Part shown: positions 18,016-27,161 of the stretch, in pieces
Position numbering within the stretch: the stretch's first letter is position 1
Layout: every line of letters starts with the position of its first letter
NCBI GenBank assembly: GCA_021791995.1
Contig: JAJYVN010000003.1
Location: forward strand, 1 to 33,294
DNA: 33,294 nt
Origin: Bacillota bacterium
GTDB taxonomy: Bacteria; Bacillota; Sulfobacillia; RBS10-35; JAJYVN01
Reading direction: 5' to 3'
Notes under the pieces: model-generated
The model's database searches: none
Told to the model about the DNA's origin: nothing
What the model saw: the letters and a program-made list of their open reading frames with translations, nothing else
Position numbers and translations under genes: made by a program

Positions 18016-18740
18016 CTCCCATCGTTCCGCTTTCCGCATTGCCCTGGTGCACCCGCCCCATCGCCATCGATGCAACTCGGCATGGAGCCTGGAGCGCGAC
18101 ATGTTCCGCGGTTTCCCCGTACCGAATGGGGGAACGAACTTCTGGCACTAACCACTCATTCTTCTTCTTCCCGCACTGCGGGTGAGGCAAGTCGCCCATA
18201 CGTCACAAGAGGGGTTGGCGGGTCACCGGGAGCTGTCTCGATCCTCCTAGGCAAACCGCTTGGGCAAATTGTGCGGGGCCAAGGGTCTGCCCGATTAGGG
18301 ACTAGCCTCTGCTGAGGAGAGCCGTTATGGCATCAGGTACCAAGTGGTATCCTTCCATGGTCCGACGTTGGTGCCCACGATCTCCGGTGCGCCTTCTGGG
18401 CTTGCGACGGCGACCGCCTGTCGGCGTCGACTTGTCTTCATGGTCCTCATTGCTTGGGTAGGACCAACTCGCAAGGTCCGATCCCCTTCCACTTCAGACG
18501 TACTACAACGCGGGCATCGCCTGTTCGGCACGGCGGTCCGCGCCGGAAGCGTGCGGGGTATCCTTCTCCCTCCAGTGGAAACGCCTCGTCCAAGCGGCTG
18601 CATCGGGCAGACAGGGCTCCGCTCCGCCTCTGCGCCGTGCCAAACCCAGGCGTTCTGCCATAGTTTTCGGCCCAAGCGTGCAATTCGCCGCCCCTGCAGA
18701 ATCGCATCCGCTCTTGGACCTCGATCGACAAAGACCCCAG
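17918..18740 (-). pseudogene. Decayed IS630-family transposase
   Basis: Fragments across frames in IS630 order: RA.AIL, MAERLGL...WTRRF (HTH region), VGPWKDTTW (KPW-like), and C-terminal ERIKAFVERW/EEGHRVDWTFHGYPMEEAA* (I.AF..W...HPF.WTF.G.P pattern). Confidence 0.6.
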
Positions 18741-18771
18741 GGCTGTGGTTGGTAGGCTACCGCAGCATCCA

Positions 18772-19635
18772 TCAACCCGTGCGCGTGAGATGTGCCAACT
18801 GCGCGGTCAGCCACGCCACCCCGCGCTCGAGCACGGGGCCGCCAGCCGCATCCGACTCGAGGGTCAGAACGCCGTCATACCCCGCTTTCGAGAGGAGTTC
18901 CAGCACCGCTTTGATGGCGGGCGCATTCACGCCTGCACCAATCGGCGCCGGGCTCAGCGCGATTCCAGTCGCAAGGCCACGTTCCATCGAAGCGAGGCTT
19001 TCGCTGACGTCCTTGACGTGCACGTGGCGCACCCGATGCAGAAATCGCTGGCAAAAATCCACGGGGTCATGGCCGCTAATGAATACGTTCCCCGTATCCA
19101 TCGTCATACCGAGAAGGGGAGAGTCCAGCCGAGTGAGCAGGGCTTCCATGAACTCCGGTTGCGTGGTGTAGTGGCCGTGCGGCTCGACCAGCACCGTGAT
19201 CCCATACTCCTGTGCCACGCCCAGGATGTCTTGATAGCATAGCACCATCAGGTCCAGCACCTGGGTGTCGGTCATGCCCGGGACCTCGTGCAGTCCGTCG
19301 GTTGTATCGACGCGGGGGCAGCCCGAGAGATAGGCCCATCGAATCGCATCCTTGACATACGGAACACCATTGGTCGCGCCGCGGAGGCCCCCCAAGGGAT
19401 AGGCCGCGTCCAAGCAACTCAACTCCACGCCGAAGGCGCCCAAGCTGCGTGCGACGATTCGCGGGTCATCTTGCAAGGAGAGGTGCGGGTAATATCCGAG
19501 CGCCTGGCTCCACGCCGCCCCGCCGATCACCCCACACTCCATCCGGGTGATACCATGCCCCTCGGCCCAGCGGGCACACTGTTGAATGTTCCAGTACACA
19601 CTGTTGAACGCATCTGTGTGGAATGCAATCTGCAT
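18772..19635 (-). CDS. Sugar phosphate isomerase/epimerase (xylose isomerase-like/AP endonuclease 2 TIM barrel)
   Basis: Metal-ligand pattern VEPHG, MDTGN, HVHVKD, LTLE; G-rich RBS. Confidence 0.88.
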   Translation of the reverse strand: MQIAFHTDAFNSVYWNIQQCARWAEGHGITRMECGVIGGAAWSQALGYYPHLSLQDDPRIVARSLGAFGVELSCLDAAYPLGGLRGATNGVPYVKDAIRWAYLSGCPRVDTTDGLHEVPGMTDTQVLDLMVLCYQDILGVAQEYGITVLVEPHGHYTTQPEFMEALLTRLDSPLLGMTMDTGNVFISGHDPVDFCQRFLHRVRHVHVKDVSESLASMERGLATGIALSPAPIGAGVNAPAIKAVLELLSKAGYDGVLTLESDAAGGPVLERGVAWLTAQLAHLTRTG

Positions 19636-19665
19636 TCAAGAGCCCCCCCTCACATGCCAACTGAC

Positions 19666-20511
19666 TCATAAGCGAAGCGTCCGTAGCCGTTCGGCGCTGT
19701 GCGTTGCAAAGTCTTCGGGAGAATCGGCTCGAGGGTGCCAGATGCATGTCGCCCGTGCCAACTCAGGCACGCGCCCGTTGAATCCCTCCACCACGATCCG
19801 CCCGCGATAGCCTCCCTCTTCCAAAAGGGCGACGACATCAGGCCAGGGGATGTGACCAGTGCCGATCGGGCCTCGATGGTTCTCACTGAAGTGAACGTGG
19901 CCGATGACCGAGAGGTGCGCCTGCCAGGATTCGAGGAGGTTGGCCTCTTCAATATTTTGGTGAAAGGTGTCGGCCGTGAGTGCGAGCCCGCCACCCACCT
20001 GATGGCACAACTCCTCACCTTGCGCAAGCGTGTTGAGCGTGTCCGTCTCATAGCGAGTCAGCGGTTCGATGCAGATCCGTACACCCAGAGCCGCGCCGAA
20101 CTCGGTCAGTTCCGCCAAGTGCTCGACGGTAGGAGCGAGCGCCCGGGCCGGACCGGAGGGCAGTTCGCCCACCGGTGCCAGCATGGGGCCAACGAGCACT
20201 GGCGAGCCCAACGCTGCCGCCGCTTGTACCGCTTGGCGCAACCACCGCTTCGCGCGATCGGCCCGATCAGGATCCACCAATGCGCAATCTGCAGGCAAAG
20301 CCGTCGATGCAGTTAACCACAACCCCTCGGCCGCCGCCGCCCGTGCTACCGGCCCCAACCCGCTCGCCGGAACCGGCGATAGGAACGGGAGTTCGATGCC
20401 CGCAAAGCCCAACTGGCGACAGATACCAAAGACGCGCGGTAGATCGAAGTGTGGTACGTTCCAGTCCGCGCCCCACGCGAGGAGGTGGACCCCACACCGG
20501 CCGCCCCCCAT
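19666..20511 (-). CDS. D-psicose/D-tagatose 3-epimerase-like TIM-barrel protein
   Basis: IEPLTRYET, ADTFHQNIEE, HVHFSENHRGPIGTG and VVEGF. ATG 20511 follows GGGAGGGG. Confidence 0.88.
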   Translation of the reverse strand: MGGGRCGVHLLAWGADWNVPHFDLPRVFGICRQLGFAGIELPFLSPVPASGLGPVARAAAAEGLWLTASTALPADCALVDPDRADRAKRWLRQAVQAAAALGSPVLVGPMLAPVGELPSGPARALAPTVEHLAELTEFGAALGVRICIEPLTRYETDTLNTLAQGEELCHQVGGGLALTADTFHQNIEEANLLESWQAHLSVIGHVHFSENHRGPIGTGHIPWPDVVALLEEGGYRGRIVVEGFNGRVPELARATCIWHPRADSPEDFATHSAERLRTLRL

Positions 20512-20556
20512 GTCGCAGTCCCCTCCCACCGTCGCGACCGTGCCGGCTCGCTGCCG

Positions 20557-21531
20557 TCAGTCCAGTCGCACGACCGTCCCCGTTTGACGCGACCGCTCGC
20601 CAGCGAGCGGAAGGGCCAGCGTCTCCACGGCGTCGGCGTACGGTGACCGGATGGCACTTGGGTCCCCACTGCGTACCGCATCTACAAACGTCTTCATGCA
20701 GTCACGGTTGAAATCGTTGGTGCATCGGACCTCTCGGGTCACACGGCGGTCCCGGATGCGCACGCTAGAGCGCAGATCGTATTCAACCTTCAGGTCTCGG
20801 CAGAAGATGTCCATTCCCGCGCGGCCGGGCGCTTCCCGCAGAAAACAGGCGGAAAAGATGGTGCAGAGCACCCCGCTACGGAATCGGATCGTCATCGCCG
20901 ACGAATCATCGATATCGTAATCCGGCACATGCGTCATGAGTCCGGTCTGCGCGGTCGCAACGACGGACTCCGCTTCGCCGAAGAGGTAGCGCGCTGAGTC
21001 GAAGATGTGGATGGTCTGTTCTACAGCTTGACCGCCAGACCCCGAGCGGCGCCGCCACCATCCCACCTCGGGAAACCCGCCCATCCAGTATCCCATGGCC
21101 AATCCCGGCTCTTGACCCACCAAGGCCTGCTTGGCCTCGGCGATGACATCGAGGTAGCGGTCCTGAAAGCCTACCGCCGAGATTGTATGGGTCTGGTTGA
21201 TCACACTTGCGACCGCACGGGCCTTCTCCATTGTGAGGGCGGGCGGCTTCTGCACGAAGACGGCGATGCCTCGCTCCGCTGCGGCGGTCACTTGATCGGT
21301 GTGGGCGAATGGCGGGATACCGATGCATACCGCATCCGGCGTCGTTGCGTCATACATCTCGATGTGGCTCGAAAAAGCCCGACATCCCCCGGCACGCTGG
21401 GCCAATTCCTCCGCTCGCGGGAGGACAATGTCCGCCACCCCCACGATCTGTACATCATCGAGCTTGGCCAGTTGGTCGACGTGATAACGACCGATTCCGC
21501 CCGCTCCGACCAATCCGATACGAACCGCCAT
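20557..21531 (-). CDS. Gfo/Idh/MocA-family oxidoreductase
   Basis: IGLVGAGGIG, PPFAH, VFVQKPPA and EQTIHIFD motifs. Confidence 0.92.
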   Translation of the reverse strand: MAVRIGLVGAGGIGRYHVDQLAKLDDVQIVGVADIVLPRAEELAQRAGGCRAFSSHIEMYDATTPDAVCIGIPPFAHTDQVTAAAERGIAVFVQKPPALTMEKARAVASVINQTHTISAVGFQDRYLDVIAEAKQALVGQEPGLAMGYWMGGFPEVGWWRRRSGSGGQAVEQTIHIFDSARYLFGEAESVVATAQTGLMTHVPDYDIDDSSAMTIRFRSGVLCTIFSACFLREAPGRAGMDIFCRDLKVEYDLRSSVRIRDRRVTREVRCTNDFNRDCMKTFVDAVRSGDPSAIRSPYADAVETLALPLAGERSRQTGTVVRLD

Positions 21532-21575
21532 TGTTCTCTGCCCCCCAGTTGTTCCGTCGGTCTTTGGATCATCGC

Positions 21576-22511
21576 CTAGCGCTCAAATACAGGAGATGCG
21601 TTGTCGACCGGAAAGCTCCCCGTCCGCACCGTGGACGAGGTGGCAAAAGCGTCCCACTGTGCCCGGTGTGCATCCGGGTCCCCGTTCCATCTGCCGGCCA
21701 CCAGCCGGACCGCCGTTCGCCAGTGCACGCCGGGCCGAAGGTTCTGCCCCCAAAGGGACAGATACAGGGAGTGATGGTTCGAAACGTTGTCGGGTCCGGC
21801 GTCTCCCGGATGGTACGCAATGCTGACCGCCGCCAGGTCTGCTCTCAGGCCCATGACCAATGCGTCCACCCCCGAGGCGGAGTCGCGGTAGTATCCAAGG
21901 GGTAGCGCGTACGGCCGGGCGGGCATGAACTCCGCCCAGTTCCGCCCCCGATGCCAGCGCCCGTCCCAGAACATTTGTGCCGCGTGGCTGTCACGCGGCA
22001 GGGTGACGTACAGACCGCGGTACACCGGATGTGCCTTCGGCTCGAGTTGGATCGGACGACCCTCCTTGGCCTCCGGATCCTCAGGCACGGGCACCACATA
22101 GCCCCCCGACTGCAGGCTGTGGTCGAAGTAGTTGGAAAGGAACACCTCATAGTCCTCGTAGGCAGCGTGTCCAGTGACCTCGATCTCCATGTCGAGGGCG
22201 TTGTCCGCTTGCAGGCGAAGGGTTGCCTCCAGGTGGGCCAGGTGAGCGGGCCTTGCTGCCCACACCAGACGCAGGCCGTCGGGAACGCGTTGCACCACAT
22301 GACGGGTAGCGCGCGCCTCCCCCAACCAGCCGTCGCGGCACAGTAAACGATAGACGTTGAGTAGTGGGCCTGGACGGGCGAGCACAACCCCCGTTGGGCG
22401 GTGCACCAAGTGGGTGACCCCGTGGTGAAGGCCGTCCGCAATGAACGTGCCCTCCAAATCTCCCGTGATAAAGCGTAACTCGCCCAGATCCGGGTTCCAT
22501 GTCATCTCCAC
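21576..22511 (-). CDS. Hypothetical protein, beta-rich and Trp/Tyr/His-rich
   Basis: Long ORF tightly placed in the operon between two Gfo/Idh/MocA genes. Start is GTG 22511 or ATG 22505. No recognised motif. Confidence 0.75.
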   Translation of the reverse strand: MEMTWNPDLGELRFITGDLEGTFIADGLHHGVTHLVHRPTGVVLARPGPLLNVYRLLCRDGWLGEARATRHVVQRVPDGLRLVWAARPAHLAHLEATLRLQADNALDMEIEVTGHAAYEDYEVFLSNYFDHSLQSGGYVVPVPEDPEAKEGRPIQLEPKAHPVYRGLYVTLPRDSHAAQMFWDGRWHRGRNWAEFMPARPYALPLGYYRDSASGVDALVMGLRADLAAVSIAYHPGDAGPDNVSNHHSLYLSLWGQNLRPGVHWRTAVRLVAGRWNGDPDAHRAQWDAFATSSTVRTGSFPVDNASPVFER

Positions 22512-22545
22512 GGCCGCCAGACCTTCCCCTCTGCCGGGTGAACCA

Positions 22546-23577
22546 CTACGGCGCAACAACCAAGGGAACACCAACGCGCCCAAGCATCAGCCCGAGCGGC
22601 GAATCATTCTGCTGCAGGGGGAGCTCGACCAGACGGCCGATCCGGGCGGATTCGTAGATCGCCATCACGACTTCGGTGGTGGCTCGCGCGGAAGCTCCGT
22701 TGAGAGGATGCTCGAGCGAACCTGCCTCCACCGTGCGTAGCGCAGACGATATAGCCCGGCCCACCTCGGAGGGAAAGTTCGGTTCAGCATCCCGGAGTTC
22801 TGGAACAATGTACCCGGTTCGAGTGAACGCTCGGAGTGGAATCTTCTTGGCGGCATCGACCTCGATCATGCCGTCGGTACCGATCAGGCGGTTGTAAAAG
22901 CCAGCGCCGACGATGTGATCGCCGGTCTCGAGCACGGCGCGGACACCGTTATGGAACCCGATCTGCGCGATGCATTCGGTCTCCATGCGATGGCCGAAGC
23001 GTATCCGGTCCCAGCGCCGGTCCACCTGGGCGAGGACCCAGTCGACGGGCTGATCGTCGTTAAAAAAGCGCATGATATCAACCCAATGCGTGCCCCACTG
23101 GAACGCGTCCCATCCTTCGCAGGCTGCCTCAATGCGGATCAGTTGGCCGATGGCACCCTCATGCAGCATCTCCTTCGCCTGCCTCCAGCGAGCCCCATAA
23201 CGGCGCTGGTGTCCGACGACGAGCAGGATCCCGGCCTGTCGCGCTGCTTCCACCATCGCGTCCGCTTCCTTGAGATTCATCGCCATCGGCTTTTCGGCGT
23301 AAATCAGTCGGACACCGCCGTGGCGGCACACATCGGAGACGAGCATGGCTCGAACCTGGGGCCATGTGCACACGCTCACGACATCCAGTGCCTCTTTCTC
23401 AAGCATCTCCTGATGACCCTGGTACGCTGTCACCCCCTCATATTGCTTGGCAAGCGCTGTGGCTGCCTCCGCGACCACATCACTGACGGCGACCAATTGG
23501 ACGTCTGGCATGGCCGCGTAGGCCTTTGCGTGGTGCTGACCGATCTCCCCGCACCCGATGATCCCTACCCGATACAT
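22546..23577 (-). CDS. Gfo/Idh/MocA-family oxidoreductase
   Basis: MYRVGIIGCGEIG, YAEKPMA, VGHQRRY and WGTHWVD. ATG 23577 follows GGGAGG. Confidence 0.92.
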   Translation of the reverse strand: MYRVGIIGCGEIGQHHAKAYAAMPDVQLVAVSDVVAEAATALAKQYEGVTAYQGHQEMLEKEALDVVSVCTWPQVRAMLVSDVCRHGGVRLIYAEKPMAMNLKEADAMVEAARQAGILLVVGHQRRYGARWRQAKEMLHEGAIGQLIRIEAACEGWDAFQWGTHWVDIMRFFNDDQPVDWVLAQVDRRWDRIRFGHRMETECIAQIGFHNGVRAVLETGDHIVGAGFYNRLIGTDGMIEVDAAKKIPLRAFTRTGYIVPELRDAEPNFPSEVGRAISSALRTVEAGSLEHPLNGASARATTEVVMAIYESARIGRLVELPLQQNDSPLGLMLGRVGVPLVVAP

Positions 23578-23662
23578 ATACCGCCGCCTCCCCTGCATTG
23601 GTCCTCGCCCCACCCTCCCGATTCGCCCAGACACTATCGAAGGCAAGCGAAGTTAAATTTGG

Positions 23663-23672
23663 TCGATATCGA
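23663..23672. promoter_or_regulatory. Palindromic candidate operator TCGATATCGA
   Basis: Perfect 10-bp palindrome at the predicted start site of the leftward promoter. Half-sites recur at the rightward promoter. Confidence 0.45.
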
Positions 23673-23677
23673 AATTA

Positions 23678-23706
23678 CGTATAACACCTTCGGTGCTTGT
23701 TGTCTA
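23678..23706 (-). promoter_or_regulatory. Promoter of the leftward catabolic operon
   Basis: TAGACA, 17-nt spacer ending in TGT, then TATACG. Confidence 0.55.
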
Positions 23707-24218
23707 TCATTTCGTGCTGCTTGTAGCGTGGGCGCGTGGGGGGCTTGGAAGGCTCCGTGGTCAGGGTCACAAGATGATCGGCGCAGCGTGAGCGCGGGGA
23801 GCGCGGGTGCCGAAGTCCGTAGCGGGACAATATATGGAGGGGGTTAGCAACCCGTCTCCGCTGGACAGCACTGGTCGCCAGGCGGGCAGCACGGCTCTGG
23901 AGGAACGGCCCCGCCGCGGGGTGAGCCGCGACAGGTCCAGCAAGAGACAACGCCCGGTTTGGGAGGATTGGCGTCGATGGCCTGGCGTGAAACCCGGGCA
24001 CCATCGCCTGTCCCTACCCTGCGTTCCTCTGATCTGTCTCTTCCCACCGCGCAGATAACCGTTTTGCTCCTCCGTGTCTCGCTCCATGTATGGCAGGTCA
24101 AGGCGGGTAGTCCGCGCGGCTGGTCACTCGTTAGCTGGTGCGCGACGGGTATTGGCTGCGCCATCACCTACCTGCATGTCGAAGTCTATGGCGTTGCTTT
24201 CGATATAGTTCGATCTGA

Positions 24219-24248
24219 TTGACGTCTACTTGTGGTTGGTGCTAAGCT
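24219..24248 (+). promoter_or_regulatory. Promoter of the rightward transport operon
   Basis: TTGACG, 18-nt spacer ending in TGC, then TAAGCT. Confidence 0.55.
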
Positions 24249-25218
24249 TGAGTTGCGGTATCGAGAGTTGCGCTTTATATCGAATTCACGAGGCTTCGTG
24301 CCACGCGCGGATTGGGAAGTCAAAGTCACTGGGGTGTGCACGCAAGTGGAAGCAGTATGGCAACCACGGGGCAAGGTTGACGGCGAGGGCTATTCGGCGT
24401 TCCCAGGCGCTTTCGATGCGAGCGATCTGGTCCGCACGCGGGACGAATTGGAGTATCGCATTCCGTCGGTTATGCAGATTGCCCTACTGTTTAATCGACG
24501 AAGTGGCTGGCATGATCCAGCGCAACGTGCGGACGGCGGCAAGCGCTTCTGTGAGGTTCGGCTGCCCAACGACCCGTTGCCCTTTCTCATGCGCGTCTCG
24601 GACGATACCCGCTTGTTCGACCAGGTGCGATCCGGTATATGCACTGAGGCTCCCCTGATGGGGGAGAAGTTGAGTTGCGAAGAACCATTACCCGATTCCG
24701 TCGTCGCCTTAGAAAGTCGCGGAGAAGAGTCGAGCCGTGCGATCCACTACGCTTGGGCCTATCACAGGAGCGGGGGTTATTCGCAGGAGATCCCCTCCTC
24801 CGCGATGTGCAAAGACGCCTGCCCACATGGTGAAGGACCGCCGAATGTTTGGTTCGGTACGCAGCATCATCGCATCGGGCACGTCACGGTGCAGGGTACG
24901 ATGCCGGATGGAATCAAGGCCGTTCCCGGACTTGTCGCTCCTGCGGGCAGTCTTGACGCAGTCGTTCGTCCCGATTCGGTCATTGTCGTCCAACTCATAC
25001 TACTTCATAACTCTGGGCGTAGCGGTGCCCGAGGATTGCGGTTTCTGATGGTCTACAGCGATTACCTCAAGGGGTGCGACATGGCCCGGGGTCTGCGAAG
25101 CGGTGTCCCGCGCCTGTCGGACTCACCGTGGCAGCGGCCGTACATTCGCGTGAGGGAGGGTGGTGCGCTCCTCCCCGATCAGTTTCGTGCTTCTTCGTGT
25201 CCTGCGCACGCTGCATAA
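24232..25218 (+). CDS. Hypothetical protein (true start probably downstream, ~24335); possibly decaying
   Basis: 328-codon open frame filling the gap between the promoter and the SBP gene. No recognised motif or clear RBS, and the annotated start lies inside the predicted promoter. Confidence 0.45.
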   Translation: MVGAKLELRYRELRFISNSRGFVPRADWEVKVTGVCTQVEAVWQPRGKVDGEGYSAFPGAFDASDLVRTRDELEYRIPSVMQIALLFNRRSGWHDPAQRADGGKRFCEVRLPNDPLPFLMRVSDDTRLFDQVRSGICTEAPLMGEKLSCEEPLPDSVVALESRGEESSRAIHYAWAYHRSGGYSQEIPSSAMCKDACPHGEGPPNVWFGTQHHRIGHVTVQGTMPDGIKAVPGLVAPAGSLDAVVRPDSVIVVQLILLHNSGRSGARGLRFLMVYSDYLKGCDMARGLRSGVPRLSDSPWQRPYIRVREGGALLPDQFRASSCPAHAA

Positions 25219-25277
25219 CGGCGTGGTCGTCTCAGCCCCCGTGCCCAAGATGCAAGGCGTATGGGAGGTCAGTTAAA

Positions 25278-27050
25278 GTGAGTCAGGATAGGTTAAGTCC
25301 CCAACTCACCCGCAGGCGTATGTTGGTCGCCGTTGCCGGAGCTGGTGTGACCTCGTTGCTCGCGGCGTGCGGTTCACGCCACTCGTCTCCAACGTCCACG
25401 CACAGTTCGAGCACCTCGGCCTCGGCCTCGGCCAACAGCCTGCCGGTTCCACGCGAGCAGTCTTTCGTGCAGGACGTTGGGCCGTTCACATACTTCAACT
25501 CGTTCAATCCGTTCTGGCCGAAGGGGAGGGATTACGACAACGGCTTTAATCAGTTCGTGGTTGAGCCGTACTTTTTCCTGAACATTCCCACCGGTAAGGT
25601 AGTACCATGGTTGGCTCTGTCGTATACACCTGCCAGTGACTACGCCTCTGGGGTGATGACACTACGGCAAGGTGTGAACTGGTCCGACGGCCAGCCCTTC
25701 ACCTCCGCAGACGTCGTCTTCTCCTTCGGCGCTGCTGCAGAAAATGCAGAGGAATTCGCCTATGCAAGCTTAAACGGTGTCATTGACACCGTGACGGCGC
25801 TAGACAAGTACACTGTCCAGTTCAAGTTCCAATCGCCGCAACCACGATTTGCACAGTCGATTCTGTACGACAATGGCAACATCGCCGCCTACGTTGTTCC
25901 TGAGCATGTCTGGAGCGGCCAGAACGTGCTCACTTTCACCAACGATCCGCCCGTGACCACGGGGGCCTTTCTGCTCGATCAGTCCAACCCGACCCTCGGG
26001 ATGATCATCTGGAAGCGGAATGAAAACTACTGGGGCAAGGCCATTGGCAATTTTCCAAAGATGCAATACATTGTCTCCCGTACACCGGCACCGCCGGATG
26101 AGGAGCTCATCGACTTCAGCCGCGGGGTCATGGACATACCAGGCGGTCTCTCTTCCGCGCAGGCAACACTGGCCCAAAGCCAGTACAAGGCCATTCTTGA
26201 CGTAGTCCCAACGGGCCCGCTGGCCTTGTACTTCAACTGTGCAACCGCGCCATTCAGTAACCAGCAACTGCGCCACGCGATCGCCATGCTGTGCAACCGC
26301 ACCTCCATGGGAAAGCTCTGGTCGCCTCCAACGACCGGATGCACCTTCCCCTGGATGGACAATGGTACGCTGAAGCAGTACCAGACTTCAACAGCGCAGT
26401 CCGCGCTTAACAACGGTCAATACCTCTACAATCCGACCGCCGCGGGCCAACTGCTGGACCAGATTGCTCCTAAGAATTCCTCCGGGCAGCGGATGCTCAA
26501 CGGGCAGCCGCTAACGTTCTCCGTGGCATTCAACGACACGTTGACCTCACCCTCCGATGCGATCGTCACGCTGCTGGCGTCGGAGTGTAAGACCCAAGGC
26601 ATTACCGTTCAGGTGGAGTCGAATTCCGACGGTGCGACGTTTCTAGACGCCATGCGTCGTGGAAGCTATCAGGCGTGGCTGTACGGTGCCCCAGGTAGTG
26701 CGATTGACCCCCTCGGTCTATATGCGGCCCTGGTTTCGACCGGTGTGCCGCCGGTCGGCCAACCGACGGCGAACCAGGATTTTCCGCGCCTCAACGATTC
26801 CAAGCTCAACAGCCTTGTGGCTAGCCTCACGTCTGCGGCACCGGGTAGCGCGAGTGCCAGCCTCTACGACCAAACCTTCCAGCAATTCATCACCGATTGC
26901 CCATTTGTTGCTCTGGTGCAGGAAGTGAATCAGTTCGTTGCCAGCACGCACGTGTGGAAGGGTTGGCCGACCGGTGCCGACATGTATGTAAGTGCCGACG
27001 TGCAATGGTCCACATTCGCTCAGGCGCTCTTCAAGCTCACATCGGTGTGA
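25278..27050 (+). CDS. Family 5 (OppA/DppA-like) ABC solute-binding lipoprotein with twin-arginine signal, probably carbohydrate-binding
   Basis: GGGAGG plus GTG 25278; LTRRRML Tat motif; LAAC lipobox; S/T linker; LRQGVNWSDGQPFTSADVVFSF family-5 signature. Confidence 0.92.
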   Translation: MSQDRLSPQLTRRRMLVAVAGAGVTSLLAACGSRHSSPTSTHSSSTSASASANSLPVPREQSFVQDVGPFTYFNSFNPFWPKGRDYDNGFNQFVVEPYFFLNIPTGKVVPWLALSYTPASDYASGVMTLRQGVNWSDGQPFTSADVVFSFGAAAENAEEFAYASLNGVIDTVTALDKYTVQFKFQSPQPRFAQSILYDNGNIAAYVVPEHVWSGQNVLTFTNDPPVTTGAFLLDQSNPTLGMIIWKRNENYWGKAIGNFPKMQYIVSRTPAPPDEELIDFSRGVMDIPGGLSSAQATLAQSQYKAILDVVPTGPLALYFNCATAPFSNQQLRHAIAMLCNRTSMGKLWSPPTTGCTFPWMDNGTLKQYQTSTAQSALNNGQYLYNPTAAGQLLDQIAPKNSSGQRMLNGQPLTFSVAFNDTLTSPSDAIVTLLASECKTQGITVQVESNSDGATFLDAMRRGSYQAWLYGAPGSAIDPLGLYAALVSTGVPPVGQPTANQDFPRLNDSKLNSLVASLTSAAPGSASASLYDQTFQQFITDCPFVALVQEVNQFVASTHVWKGWPTGADMYVSADVQWSTFAQALFKLTSV

Positions 27051-27161
27051 GAAAGCTCGGTTCTGGCGGATGGGTCGCGGCTCATTATGGATGTGCCGAC
27101 CCGCGACCCACTGGCCGAACTCACAACGCTCCGGTACATACATTTCGATCGGAGGTTGAGC

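Noticed and set aside
18344-23847. Long plus-strand ORFs such as 18344-19171, 19699-20316 and 22915-23847
   Set aside because: Antisense shadows of well-supported minus-strand genes, as expected in high-GC DNA.
25074-25277. Cys-rich N-terminal extension of the SBP ORF (CARC...CPRC), resembling a zinc finger or RiPP precursor
   Set aside because: The signal peptide and RBS place the start at GTG 25278; the extension overlaps the upstream ORF and is likely untranslated in this frame.
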